A stretch of DNA of 64,000 nucleotides, taken from NCBI GenBank assembly GCA_047495785.1, contig JBLDXI010000074.1, forward strand, positions 1,364,001-1,428,000, read 5' to 3'. Position 1 is the stretch's first letter. Each line of letters starts with the position of its first letter. Source of the DNA: Lepidodermella squamata. Lineage: Eukaryota; Animalia; Gastrotricha. This document shows positions 50,801 to 61,955 of this stretch, one piece after another. The notes below the pieces were generated by a model that saw only the letters and a list, made by a program, of their open reading frames with translations, had not been told where the DNA came from and did not search any database. Both the position numbers and the translations under genes were made by a program.

Positions 50801-50962
50801 GTGGCCGTCGCCTCGTTCGCCATCGCCACCGTCTGCTTCTACGTCTACGACATCGGCGTCGAGACCATGTTCATGTGCTTCCTCGAGGACTGCGAGCGCC
50901 ACGACGGCAGCCAAGAACGGCCTTACTTCATGAGCAAAAACCTCGCGGCTGCGCTCCGGTGA
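47897..50962 (+). CDS. Choline transporter-like protein (SLC44/CTL2-4-5 type), paralog A (~776 aa)
   Basis: RSCTD, YPTDSQGRMCG, CPTTQVCVKDCP, YHMGSAAFGSL, HGKTFCASA, FLEDCERHDGS..RPYFM; exons 47897-48030, 48079-48152, 48207-49039, 49187-49462, 49597-49947, 50039-50254, 50370-50550, 50697-50962. Confidence 0.93.
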
Positions 50963-51631
50963 AGCGTTACAACTCACAACAAAATAACTTCCTAGTCTCT
51001 TTTTGACTCGATTTGTTATGAAATTCGCACAATTTTTAGCTATTTAATTGACACTTGCCTATTTTACTGAGAGCTTCCGGCTTTTACAAGCAAACCCTGT
51101 GATACTCCGACTTGATGTGATAGCCTTCCTGTGATATTTACAAAATAAAATAATAATAATTTTTTGGCGATTTTTTGAAATCGATAATTGAAATCGATAA
51201 TTGAAATCGATTTTGACCGATCGATTATCGGTAATTCCAATTAATTGAGTTTGAATGAATTAGATTCCAACAGTTGACACGTGAAACTTGATGAGATATC
51301 AAATTTCAGCGCAATTTTTGCGTTCACACTCAGATAAATCGATTTCTCACAACTTGCGGAAAAAACGCAGTGACGCAGTTCAATCGCAAAAAACGTAGTA
51401 TTGATAATCTTTTTTATGTCCACATTGCGATCTGCCGTTGTCATAGGCGGCTACTATACACATCGAACAAAACAGCGCTCCCACCACTACATGATGTATT
51501 GGTGATCGAAGGCAAAACAAAAAACACTCATTGTCGTCGAGTTTTTTATTTGCACGCGGTTGGCTTGATTAAAAACCCATATTAACCGGATATTAACTAC
51601 CGACTTGCGTGTTTGCTTCCACAGCTGAGCG

Positions 51632-54600
51632 ATGGGTGACAACAAAGTTAACGACATCAGTGCGGCTGAGGACAAGAAAGCGAAAATGCTAGGTGAGCCC
51701 AATGCCAAAAATCAACCATGTATGACAATCTCATTACAGGTGAACCCTACAAGCATGACCCAGATTTCAAGGGTCCAATTAAGAACAGATCATGTACAGA
51801 TTGCTTGTGTTTACTAATCTACATGATCTTCGGTCTTGCCAGCATTGCTGTGGCGATATTCTGTAAGCTCCGCCCCTTTTCGCCAACCATTGACTGTGTA
51901 ATCTCTTCCATTAGCTTACGCTCGAGGCAATCCAGCGTTGCTCATGTATCCAACTGATAGCCAGGGTAAAGTCTGCGGCTACAACGAAATGTCGTAAGTC
52001 AACTAAATTACTGAGCAATTGAAATAAAGAAAACCGTTCGAGTTTATTGGTTACCTCAGAGATAGATGGGTGTCAAGTTTTGTCACCTGTTGTCACATGA
52101 TGCGAAGTTTGTGTCCCATGAGGAAGATTTCATTATAGAAACAGATGTTTTCTGTTAGATTTAGAAAAAGCTCACTAAATTCTGGCAGAAATTTGGAAAA
52201 GCCATCCTAGAAGGTGGGAGGTTAATTTTTCCTCGCTTTCCACGTTCTCCACATACCGTCAGATGGGGCGACTTTGGACAGTGGGGTGACATTGCCACGG
52301 AAAAATGGGGCGACTTTCGCATAGCCATATCTCAGAGGTATCAAGATAAAGACCCCTTGAGTGGGATACCGTTGGAAAGCCCGAGAAAAGACCAACTGGA
52401 ATGTCTTGAACATACTTCAGCCTTTAACAATACCTGGTAATTAAACACAGGTAAAGTTGAGCGAAAAAAATACACTTTTCGGCAGAATATAGATGACTCT
52501 AAAGTCGACCAGGTGTGCTCAAAATGAAAAGACCTTGTCATTTTCGAGCAGCCCCCGACACAAGCTATCCAGCGGTACCCAACTTGTGAGGTATCCACCT
52601 TTCCACCTGCGGTTTGAGTTAGGGCAAAGTCACCCCATCTGCATCTAAACCGTACTCAGGGTCACTTAGCCACCCTTCCACGTCATTAATCAAGGTACAT
52701 ACGACCCAAAAGGTTCCACGACGTATATAATTAAATTCTCCATCATCAGGGCTTTCCATTGACATCCTACTTGACATGTATCATGTCTGAGAAAATGACG
52801 TCGTGTGTAATCTAAACTCGATCGCAAAAACCTATGGCAATGTAACCCCCATGGCCAAAGTCGCCCCATCTGACGGTACTTTTCAAAATGTATATTGTTG
52901 GGATTTTCAGGACCCGACCGAATCTGATGTTCTATGACTTGATCCAATGTGTTCGAAACATCCCATCTCTACTCGCTGGCGGGTGTCCCACAACACAGCA
53001 ATGCGTCAAATCGTGCCCTTCAACCAGTTGGTCGTGGTACACCCTGCAGGCTGAAGAATCCACTTACGGCGTCAACGTCGAAAAACGCAAGCAACAACTG
53101 ACCTGCGTAGACCAGGTCGACTTCACCAAACCGCAATGGGCGGCTTACAAGCTGTCGGATCTTGTTAAAAACGGGCAATGTGCTCCGTACACGATTCCGG
53201 AGAAGCCGATCGTCTACCGATGCATGCCTGCATTTCTTGTCGATACAGTCAACGCGGCTACGGCCTGGAACGAAACTCTATACGATGGCGACAAGAACGT
53301 TGTAACGGAATCAGCTCTTACGGCTTCGAAAGAAGTCTATTCGATACTCATGAAAATCCAAGGCTGGGGAGACAGAGCTTTAGCTGACATTCGAGTTTCA
53401 TGGCCACACATGGTTGTCCTCTGTACAATCGTAAGTGCATTTTATCGATTGTATGAGGCTCCTGTACCAAATTTTGACAATTTGAATTCATGATTAGGCG
53501 TTGGTGTTTGCGTTTCTGTGGATCGTCCTGTTGAGATTCGCTGCTGGAGTCATCATATGGACCACAATTGTCCTGTTCATGTTGATGTGGATCTTTGGCA
53601 TCGCATTTTGCTTCTGGAGGTATAATCTTCTGACGAGGGTTGTCGACTGGACCCCGCCGAGCAACAGTGAGTCATTCGAAAAGTGCGATTGTCCGTTAAT
53701 TACATGATTCATTATAACTTAAGCCTTTACCGATGCTCTCTCGTTCCAAACAAATTTCGACTCGGTAAGATGATGAAAAAATGTTGAATCAAAAGGCCTC
53801 ATTCATTTTCCGATAGCCTGATCTTTGGCTTGGAGTTGGAATTGTTTGTGCCATCATTTTCCTGGTCTGCACAATTGTGCTGTGTTTCTTGGGCTCAAGA
53901 ATCCGCCTGGCAGTAGCTTTGTTCGAGGAAACCAGCGCAGCCTTGGCCAATATGCCATTCTGCCTTTTCTGGCCTCTCTTTCCCTTTGCAATCCAGTTAG
54001 GAACTGTAGCATGGGCTGGCGCTACAGCTGTTTGTCTCGCTACACTGGGCCGAGCTCAATATGTCGGAAATTCTGGAAACTCTACTTACAAGGTTGAAAG
54101 TTATGAAATGAAAATATATCCTTGCTCAACTTCGTTTCTTTTTGAAGGCCCTCATAACATTTCCAGACAGCGTTTCATCTTGTGATTATACTTGGGCATT
54201 GACTACAGCAGCTCAAACTGGAACTTCTATCGCAAATTCAGCGACAGGTCTCGTGAATTACAACCTAAATGCTAGCGCAAACAACGCCGCGGTTTCCTCG
54301 GTCGTATCAGCGGCTAACAACACACTGGCTGAAGCTTGCCGGTTTCTGAAATACGGCGCAGCGGAGTACGCTGTCTATTTCCAACTTTTCAACGCCTTCA
54401 TGTTCTTCTGGAACTTCAACTTTGTCGGATGTTTCGGCGTTGTAACTCTAGCTGGAGCCTTCGCAACGTATTATTGGGCTAGGGAAAAGCCAGCTGACAT
54501 TCCTAAAATGCCGTTAATCTCTGGTTTATGGACGACAATGCGATACCACATGGGATCTGTTGCTTTTGGGTAAAAGATGATTTGAAAAAATCAAATTATA

Positions 54601-55324
54601 TCTAATAATTTTTGAGTTTTTTTAGGTCACTTTTGATCGCAATTATGCAAATTTTGCGTATAATCATGGAATACGTAATGTATAAGATGAAGAAGAACCA
54701 GAATAACGTAACCCAGTTCCTGTTACGATGCGTTCAGTGCTGCTTTGCCTGCATTGAGAAAATGGTGAAATACATCGCTCGAAAAGCCCTGATTATGGTC
54801 GCAGTTCATGGCAAAAACTTCTGCGCCTCTGCTATGGAGGGATTCCAGCTGATAACTCGAAACGCAGCTAGGGCAATAGTTTTAACTGGCGTTACAAGAT
54901 TCCTGATAGTTTTATCGAAGCTAATCGTAACTGGAGGGATGGGTAAGCTGTTATTTTCCATATAAACGCAATTTCACAATTTCACAATTTTTATCAAATA
55001 TTTAGTCACCTTGGCCTATTTTTACTTCCACGGTGAAATTCCTGGTTCATCACCTGCTTTAGCATCTACTTATCCTATCCTCAACTACTTCTACGTACCG
55101 GTGATTGTAAGTTCAACTTTTAGCCCTAATTGTCGCGTTTAAAGTTTGTTTTTCCGCAGATTGTGAGTATCAGCAGTTTTGTGATCGCGACAGTTTGTTT
55201 TCACGTTTACGAAATTGGTGTCGAAACGCTGTTTTTAGCCTTCCTCGAGGATCTCGAACGAAACGACGGTTCTGCTGAAAGGCCATACTTCATGACCAAA
55301 AGACTGGCTGTTTCTCTCCGCTGA
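51632..55324 (+). CDS. Choline transporter-like protein (SLC44), paralog B (~757 aa)
   Basis: Same motifs as paralog A; exons 51632-51692, 51740-51862, 51915-51993, 52911-53430, 53498-53666, 53724-53764, 53817-54092, 54148-54569, 54626-54942, 55006-55106, 55160-55324. Confidence 0.93.
52256..52876. mobile_element. Intronic Tc1/mariner-pogo-type MITE (TA TSD)
   Basis: TA-ccgtcagatggggcgactttgg ... ccaaagtcgccccatctgacgg-TA, a 22-bp perfect TIR with internal sub-repeats. Confidence 0.88.
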
Positions 55325-55462
55325 TACCCTGTGTTATTTTTCTATCATTTTGCTCCATGCAGTCTTTTCTCGAAATTCTCAAATAAATTTATTTAGATAA
55401 AATAACCTATAATGTGATTTTTTATAGACATTAACAATCGTTTTTGCTAGTTCCAGCTAGGT

Positions 55463-57334
55463 CTAAAACGAGAGAAGAACCAACGAAGCACCGATAGCCA
55501 AAATGCAGCTAGGTACCAGAATCGCTGAGCTGGAGTAAATTGCTACAACGATGGTCGTTGTTGTAGGCTCACCGGGCCGAGCTGAAGCCCAATAGCATTT
55601 CCCAGTTGAGCCATCCGAATCTGAAGGCTGATCGCACACAATACAAGCATAGCTGTTGTCGCAGATCGATTCCAAAGAGGCTGGGCAAGACTGTCCGTTT
55701 GTAATTTTAGTTCCTGAGGCACATGTTCTAGAAAAATGCAAAGCATTGTCATTCCAAAATTCTCGGAAAGAGCCATAATGTTGTTTACCTTTTGTTTTCT
55801 CCCTTCTCGTTAACGTAGGTTTGAAGGCTGTAGCCGCTCGAACAATCACAAGTTCCATTTGTAGAACACTCTGCCCGAGGTAAATGGCTGCAATCACGGT
55901 TGCCGGAACACTTATCGCCGTAATTCAAAGACCGGCACGTATACGAACTATCAGCAATGCGACCCGGGGCACAGGCGCAAACGCCTTTCGAACAGATCAG
56001 GTCGTAGTAGCACTCGTCGCTAGACCGGCATTGATCGCCCATTTGAGACGTAGCCGAGCTTGCTGCGCAGAGATTAAGCGGCCCGGGCTTGTAGCCCTGG
56101 TTACATTCGCATTTGCCTGATAGCGAGCAGTAGGAATTTTCAATGCAGATCGAATCGCTGGACGAGCAGTCCTCGTCGAATTTTCGTGGGATGACGCACT
56201 GGTTCGAGATGAATTTGTAGCCAGATTTGCAGACGCAAGTTCCGGAACTGCAAGACTTTGAATAACGCTCGCATTGCGAATTTCTGGTAGCGGAGCAGCC
56301 ATCGTTTGACGTACATTTCGCCCCGATTGAGGAGGAGCCAGACGTGCTCTAAAATATAACGGCATAGATTGCTTCAAGCCTTTGAAGCTTTTTCTCACCT
56401 GTTGTGAAGGTACTGGAGTTGCGATTGAGCAAGATGTTCCAGAATAGCCATCGAAGCACTAAATTCGGTGAGGTCAAATAAAAATCCAAGAGGTTAATTA
56501 TTTTAATTGTTTTACCTGACATTGCCCATTGGAGCATTTGCCGTTTACGCACGCTGGATTACAGGTTGTGGTGGTGCCAGCTCCTGGTGGTACGGAGCAG
56601 TCGGAACCTGTGTAGCCATTCAAGCATCGACATGTAAGTGGAGACTCACAATAGCCGTTCGATCCCCCACAGCCACTTGGGCACAATGGAACCGTACAGC
56701 CAGTTCCGCCGTAGCCAACCGGGCACTGGCAAACGTTCGTATCAACACATCTACCATTTCCACAGCCTCCAGTGCACGTTGGCGTGTAGGTCGATGGGCT
56801 TGGGGCGGAATTCGATGGTGCGAGGAGGCACGTCACGCCTGAGTAGCCATTTGTACATGTGCAGACGTTGGGCGATGAGCAGTAGCCATTTTGGCCACAA
56901 CCATTTGCGCATTGGGGCACGGAACAATCAGTGCCACCGTAACCAGTATTACATTGGCACACGTTGCGCCCGATGCACTGGCCGTTTTGACAAGGTCGAC
57001 TGCATTGCACGTTGGAATTGCTGTTACCACTACCATTCCCGCTGTTGCCGTTACCATTACCATTACCGCGACCGCCGTTCGAGTTAACGTTTCGACAAGT
57101 GTTGATTCCAACGCAGACTTGGTTTCTGCCGCACGGCCTTCTTGCGCATTGCGATGTTTGACAGTAGGTTCCAGTCCATCCTTCATTGCAAACGCAGTAG
57201 CCCGACTGACAAGCTCCGTTACTGTTGCAATCACTGTCGCTTCGGCAATTGTTACCGTTTTCTTCCTTGCTGTCAGCCAAAGCCAGAGCTGCCAAATTCG
57301 CAGCAATAACCAAGGTGCATAAAAAGGTCTTCAT
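55463..57334 (-). CDS. EGF-like/Cys-rich (EB-like) repeat surface protein, probably GPI-anchored (~567 aa)
   Basis: Signal MKTFLCTLVIAANLAALALA; tandem C..C.NG.C...N.C.C..GY.G..C repeats; exons 56516-57334, 56399-56458, 55789-56348, 55463-55727; hydrophobic C-terminus with no cytoplasmic tail. Confidence 0.85.
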
Positions 57335-58003
57335 TATTGTTTTAGTTTCTATGAATGAAAAATTTGAAATGAAGTCGTTCAAAGGATGAGTGTTACACAT
57401 GTGAGGTTTGTGTATATAAATAGTGAATCGGGACGTAGCGAAGGCGTGGTTCACTGTTTGCTCTAGTCGAGTCGTGTTTTCGGCCTCCTCCGCGTATCAA
57501 CACGACTGCGGTCTCTCTCACAGCCACCTACTGCTTACTTGAGGCTTTTTCTGTTGCAATGCAACGAGTTTAACCGCCGCTCGCACATGACGTATCGCAC
57601 TGCGTGACCTGCATAGCTGCGTGCTGAAAAACGTAGTGAAAAAAAGCCGCAATTTGAACCATTCAGTGTAAGGGAGGCTACAATTCAACGGTTAATTGAT
57701 CTGATGATAGTTTTTGCTTTAGTTCAAGATACAGATAGAATCATTGACGTTGTGACGGACGCCCTTAATGTTTCATTACATTTCTCCACGATGACTATCA
57801 AATGAACAGAAAAGATACAAATTCGAATTAGTGCCATTGTTTTGGAAAGCTCGTCTTCGCTACTTGGCAACTTCTGCCGTTTTAAATTGAGGAACTGCCA
57901 TTAGGAACTGCTTTTTACTGTCAAAAAACCCTCTAAAAACCCGTCAAACATTTTGTTTTATCGGTATTAAAGTTTAAAGTCACAACATTTTTTATTTTTT
58001 ATC

Positions 58004-61000
58004 TCAGTTATCAAATTTTTCCGCATTTTCCGTCAAGGTGTCTGCAAATTCCACCTTGGCTCGCTTTCTATTCCGAGTACTTCGCCCATTCTTCGGGCTG
58101 TGGTCCACATTTATGCCTGGCGAAAACTGCCAAAACAAGACAGATAAATCCTTTTACATAATTAGTAGGGAAAAACCTTTTTTCGGCAGCAAAAATCTCT
58201 TTTTGGCAGCAGAATCCTCTTTTCGGCAGAAAGTACTTTTTTGGCAGCAAAGACTTTTTCAATTGCCATAGTGGCTAAACCGTGAGGGTCACTATGGATC
58301 ATCATATATCAATCGATTGCTGTAATCAAGGGCTATCGATTGGTGTCCGATCGAAGTCCACACGGCACATTTAGGGTCACGTTTTGGCCAAAAAACGCGA
58401 ACATTGCGCATTTTTCAAGTTCGAAGGCAAAACTCGTATTGCCAAAAGTTCCGCGCGGAATTCGATCGGGCACCAATCGATAGCCCTTGATTACAGCAAT
58501 CGATTGATATATGATGATCCATAGTGACCCTCACGGTTTGGCCACTATGGCAATTGAAAAAGTCTTTGCTGCCAAAAAAGTACTTTCTGCCGAAAAGAGA
58601 TTTTTGCTGCCGAAAAAAGCATGGTCCATTAGTAGGCGAAAATTACCTTCAATACACCGACTAAGGTTAAATTGATATAACTGCAAGACATTGCGGTGCT
58701 TAGGATTAGAAGGAAAACGTGTCGCTGATTGGCGAAGAGCAAAAACACCATGAAGAATGCCACTACCATGAAGCTGAATTCGATGAATACCAAAATTTTG
58801 CAAAATTTGCAAACTCGGAATTTCTTAGCCATTGACGAGCTCTGAAGAAAGAAAACTGTCCTTAAACTAAAAAATCTTTAAATCCTTATCATACCATGCG
58901 TGAGGCAAAATAAAGCGCACGGATTAACCCAGTCGCTTGAAAAGCCAGCAGAATTGCGACGAGAATAACCGATCTTCGCTTATCAAATGAGATGTGACAA
59001 CTCAGTCTCACTTGATTCAGAACTACGCTGTCCTCAAACGGCGACTTGTCAATACTTTCCTTCACAGAAATTACATTGATCGGGTCGGATGTTAGCCAGA
59101 TGATCAGCAACGCAAAGCAGGCTGCAACTCTCAATACCTTCAAAGCATCGTCGATCCTCTGGGTCACGGGGCTGTTTGCCCCGTCGACAGCAGTTTTATA
59201 GCAGATTTGCAGTCCGCGGACGAGGCCAGATGTGGAAATTGCGAATCCGATGACTGTAAGACCAAGCATGAAACTGCAGTGTGAAGTCAGCATCGAATCG
59301 ACGGAGATCGGCATCAGAAAGGCGCTGCTCAGCATCACTATGATGCCAACTAGAGTTACAAGGTCCGTTTTGGGTGAGTTCTTGAACTTCTTGCTCCATA
59401 TTGAGGCTACTATAAGCGCGACAGCACACACCACGCCAAAAATTGCCAAGCCTTAATAGTTAAATCGGATTTTTAAATATTATAACCTAGAAAGCACTAA
59501 TAAAATCTAACCAGCAAACAACGAAAATTCAGGAAGGTCGAACATCGGTCTCGGGACTTGGATTGTTGTCACTCTGTCCTTCGGCGGCATGCCATCGCGA
59601 GTTCGCCAATGCAGCATACCTGGCAGCACTTGCAAGCGATCGCTTTCTCTCTCGGCATTAGATTTGTAGTAAGCAAAGGTTCGGCTGTCCAATGAACCAT
59701 CGTGTTTCTTCACGAATCGAGTGAATGTTTTTGGCGAGAAGCCTTTCGAATTAGTATTTGTCGCTTCATCGAACTTATACTCGCCTTTGAATCCATGGAT
59801 GTGAGCAGCGTTAGAGAAAATGGCTGTCCGCAGCTCACTGTTGAAAATTTCACCGCCATTTGCCATGAAATTCGGCGAATTTGTTACCCAGTCGCTTAGA
59901 GTCTGGTTTTCTGCAAACATTTAAGTTTAAAATGAGTTACCTTTTCACAAAATACCATACTTTCACGAAGTTGCGCCTCTGTTTGATTAAGGATTGTTCC
60001 GATGTATACGTACTGATCGTAGCACATGCTGCGCCAGTAGAACCAGGCCGGATGCCGCTCAGCATACTTCAGCTTGCCACTCAGTGAGGTGAGAAAGTTC
60101 GAATAACTGAGCCCAGTTGAGTCTTTCACGTCGTTGCCGAAAATTATAGGCATGTTAGCACCAGGCGAGTAGAAGATTATGCTCTCAGCTACCTATGGAA
60201 TCCGATTGCAATTTACTTTTTATGACGTGGTGTTGACGCTTACCTTGGATACCATTTCAGTGGAGCACCATTTCCTCCAACTTGTTGGAATAACGGCTGT
60301 AGCGGGGTCAAACATGCTCCAGGAATTGAAGAAAGCCACGTGATTTGGCCCGTAGAGGCGATAACGATGCAGCCAGCATGAAATCGAAACCGGCGAATTT
60401 GTTATGCCAATAATGATTCTAGGCTCGTGTTGAGACATTTCGTCAAACGATGAGCTCATTTCCGCCTCATCAGTCGACGCATAACCTATTTTGCCCATCC
60501 ATGCTATGGTGATGTTGTTGCTCTCCATAACTTTGATTAGGTGATTATCTACTGCACTGTTGAAATAGTCGTAGACCTCAGAAATGACCGCGATTCGCCG
60601 CCATCCCATCTTGATCATGAACTGCACGATAGCAATAAAAATTGACCCAGACTCTTCGGTCAACGAGTAGAATGAACTGTATCTCAAAGGGTTACGACCA
60701 GTCTCAGGTCCTTGGTTTATCGCAAACTGTTAGATAGCGGCAAAACATAAAATGAAATATGATGATGAAGAAATTCCATACCGCTGAATAGTTGAAGTAT
60801 CGAACTTGTGAAGCCGTGAAGATTTGAGCTCGAGATGCACACATTGAAGAAACAAAAATGGGTAGCCTGTCGGACGTCGTTGAGCTCGATTCTAAGGCTA
60901 AAACAGCTCTGGAAGTTGCCATTGCATCATCACACTGGAGGGAACATCACAAAGTTGTTATAATAGGTTATAGATGACGATGTATGCTGTCGAAGTTGGA

Positions 61001-61415
61001 AATAATAAAATAATTAAAGAGCCTTACCTCATCATCAATCAGCTCAACTGTCAGCTCGTAGCCTTGTAGCCAGTCTTTCTGGGATTTCAGCTGATCAAGG
61101 GCGAGTTCGATAGCTTTGGAACAGATTCCCCCAATCGGCGTCAACTTTCCCCCATAGTTGATTGAAGCTAGTATCGAGAGAACTTTGTTTCTTGAAGGAT
61201 CCTCGCCAAACGTAGCAGATGCCGCAAAAAGGGGCATCTTTGACGCAACTTCGGGCTTCATCTAGGTGTCGTAGGCTCACAATTCAAATAACGTTGCTCC
61301 GCGTAGTTTATATATAGCTCACCTGTGCTGCGCTCGTCCATTCGAAACGGATTTCAGCGGTTGTTACCACCACAAAACATAAAATTAGAACTGCAGAGTA
61401 AGGTGAATTACTCAT
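58004..61415 (-). CDS. Class C GPCR, GABA-B-like orphan (Venus flytrap + 7TM, no Cys-rich domain; ~822 aa)
   Basis: AIELALDQL..LQGYEL..IDDECD, MGWRRIAVI, GFKGEYKFD, W..DGMPPKD, IIWLTSDP; exons 61323-61415, 61028-61261, 60782-60934, 60244-60726, 59961-60192, 59512-59910, 58895-59451, 58647-58841, 58004-58126. Confidence 0.85.
58169..58627. mobile_element. Foldback MITE with GG termini and 8-bp TSD (attagtag), Merlin/MULE-like
   Basis: Near-perfect inverted arms of roughly 170-190 bp; attagtag at 58161-58168 and 58628-58635. Confidence 0.9.
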
Positions 61416-61955
61416 TTTAAGATAAGTCTTGAATGAGATACACTTGAGATACCGATACACTTCTTCAGCTTATATACTGGTTCACGAGGTTGTAGCGCGG
61501 CTTCATTATAACGTATATGAGCTAATCAGCCACGGCAGAACTCATCGCAGTCGATGTTACATCCTACGACAATATGGCTACTCTGCGAATGTTGTTCATG
61601 ACCGATCGTGCTCTACAACGAAAATTCCAAGCTGCTTGAGCTGCTTCATTGCCGAGGTTGTCCGATTCATTATGACAATCTGGAAATAAAATACCGAAAC
61701 CCTTAAATGTTCAAAACTTTCAGTTGCTTCGTCATATTTGAAAATGCTGACGGTAGACTCTCTCCTTTCAACATAGCAGGTAAGGGTGAAGCACAAATTT
61801 TACTTTTTCGGCACATTCAAACACGAGACATCATGAATTCATTTATCAGCCAGTTAAAACGAATAACTCAAACCGAGTAAAATAGTCACAACGATAAACG
61901 ACGACATTGAAGACAATTCGAAGATACCAGTACACTATAATTGAGTCAATTTTCA

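Noticed and set aside
51176-51212. 13-bp tandem gaaatcgataatt x~3 (DRE-like)
   Set aside because: Too short and imperfect to call a regulatory element.
389-55324. A cholinergic or neuro-secretory gene cluster (channel, SLC44s, convertase, neurogenin)
   Set aside because: The channel lacks ACh-binding residues, and adjacency in a compact animal genome is not evidence of co-function.
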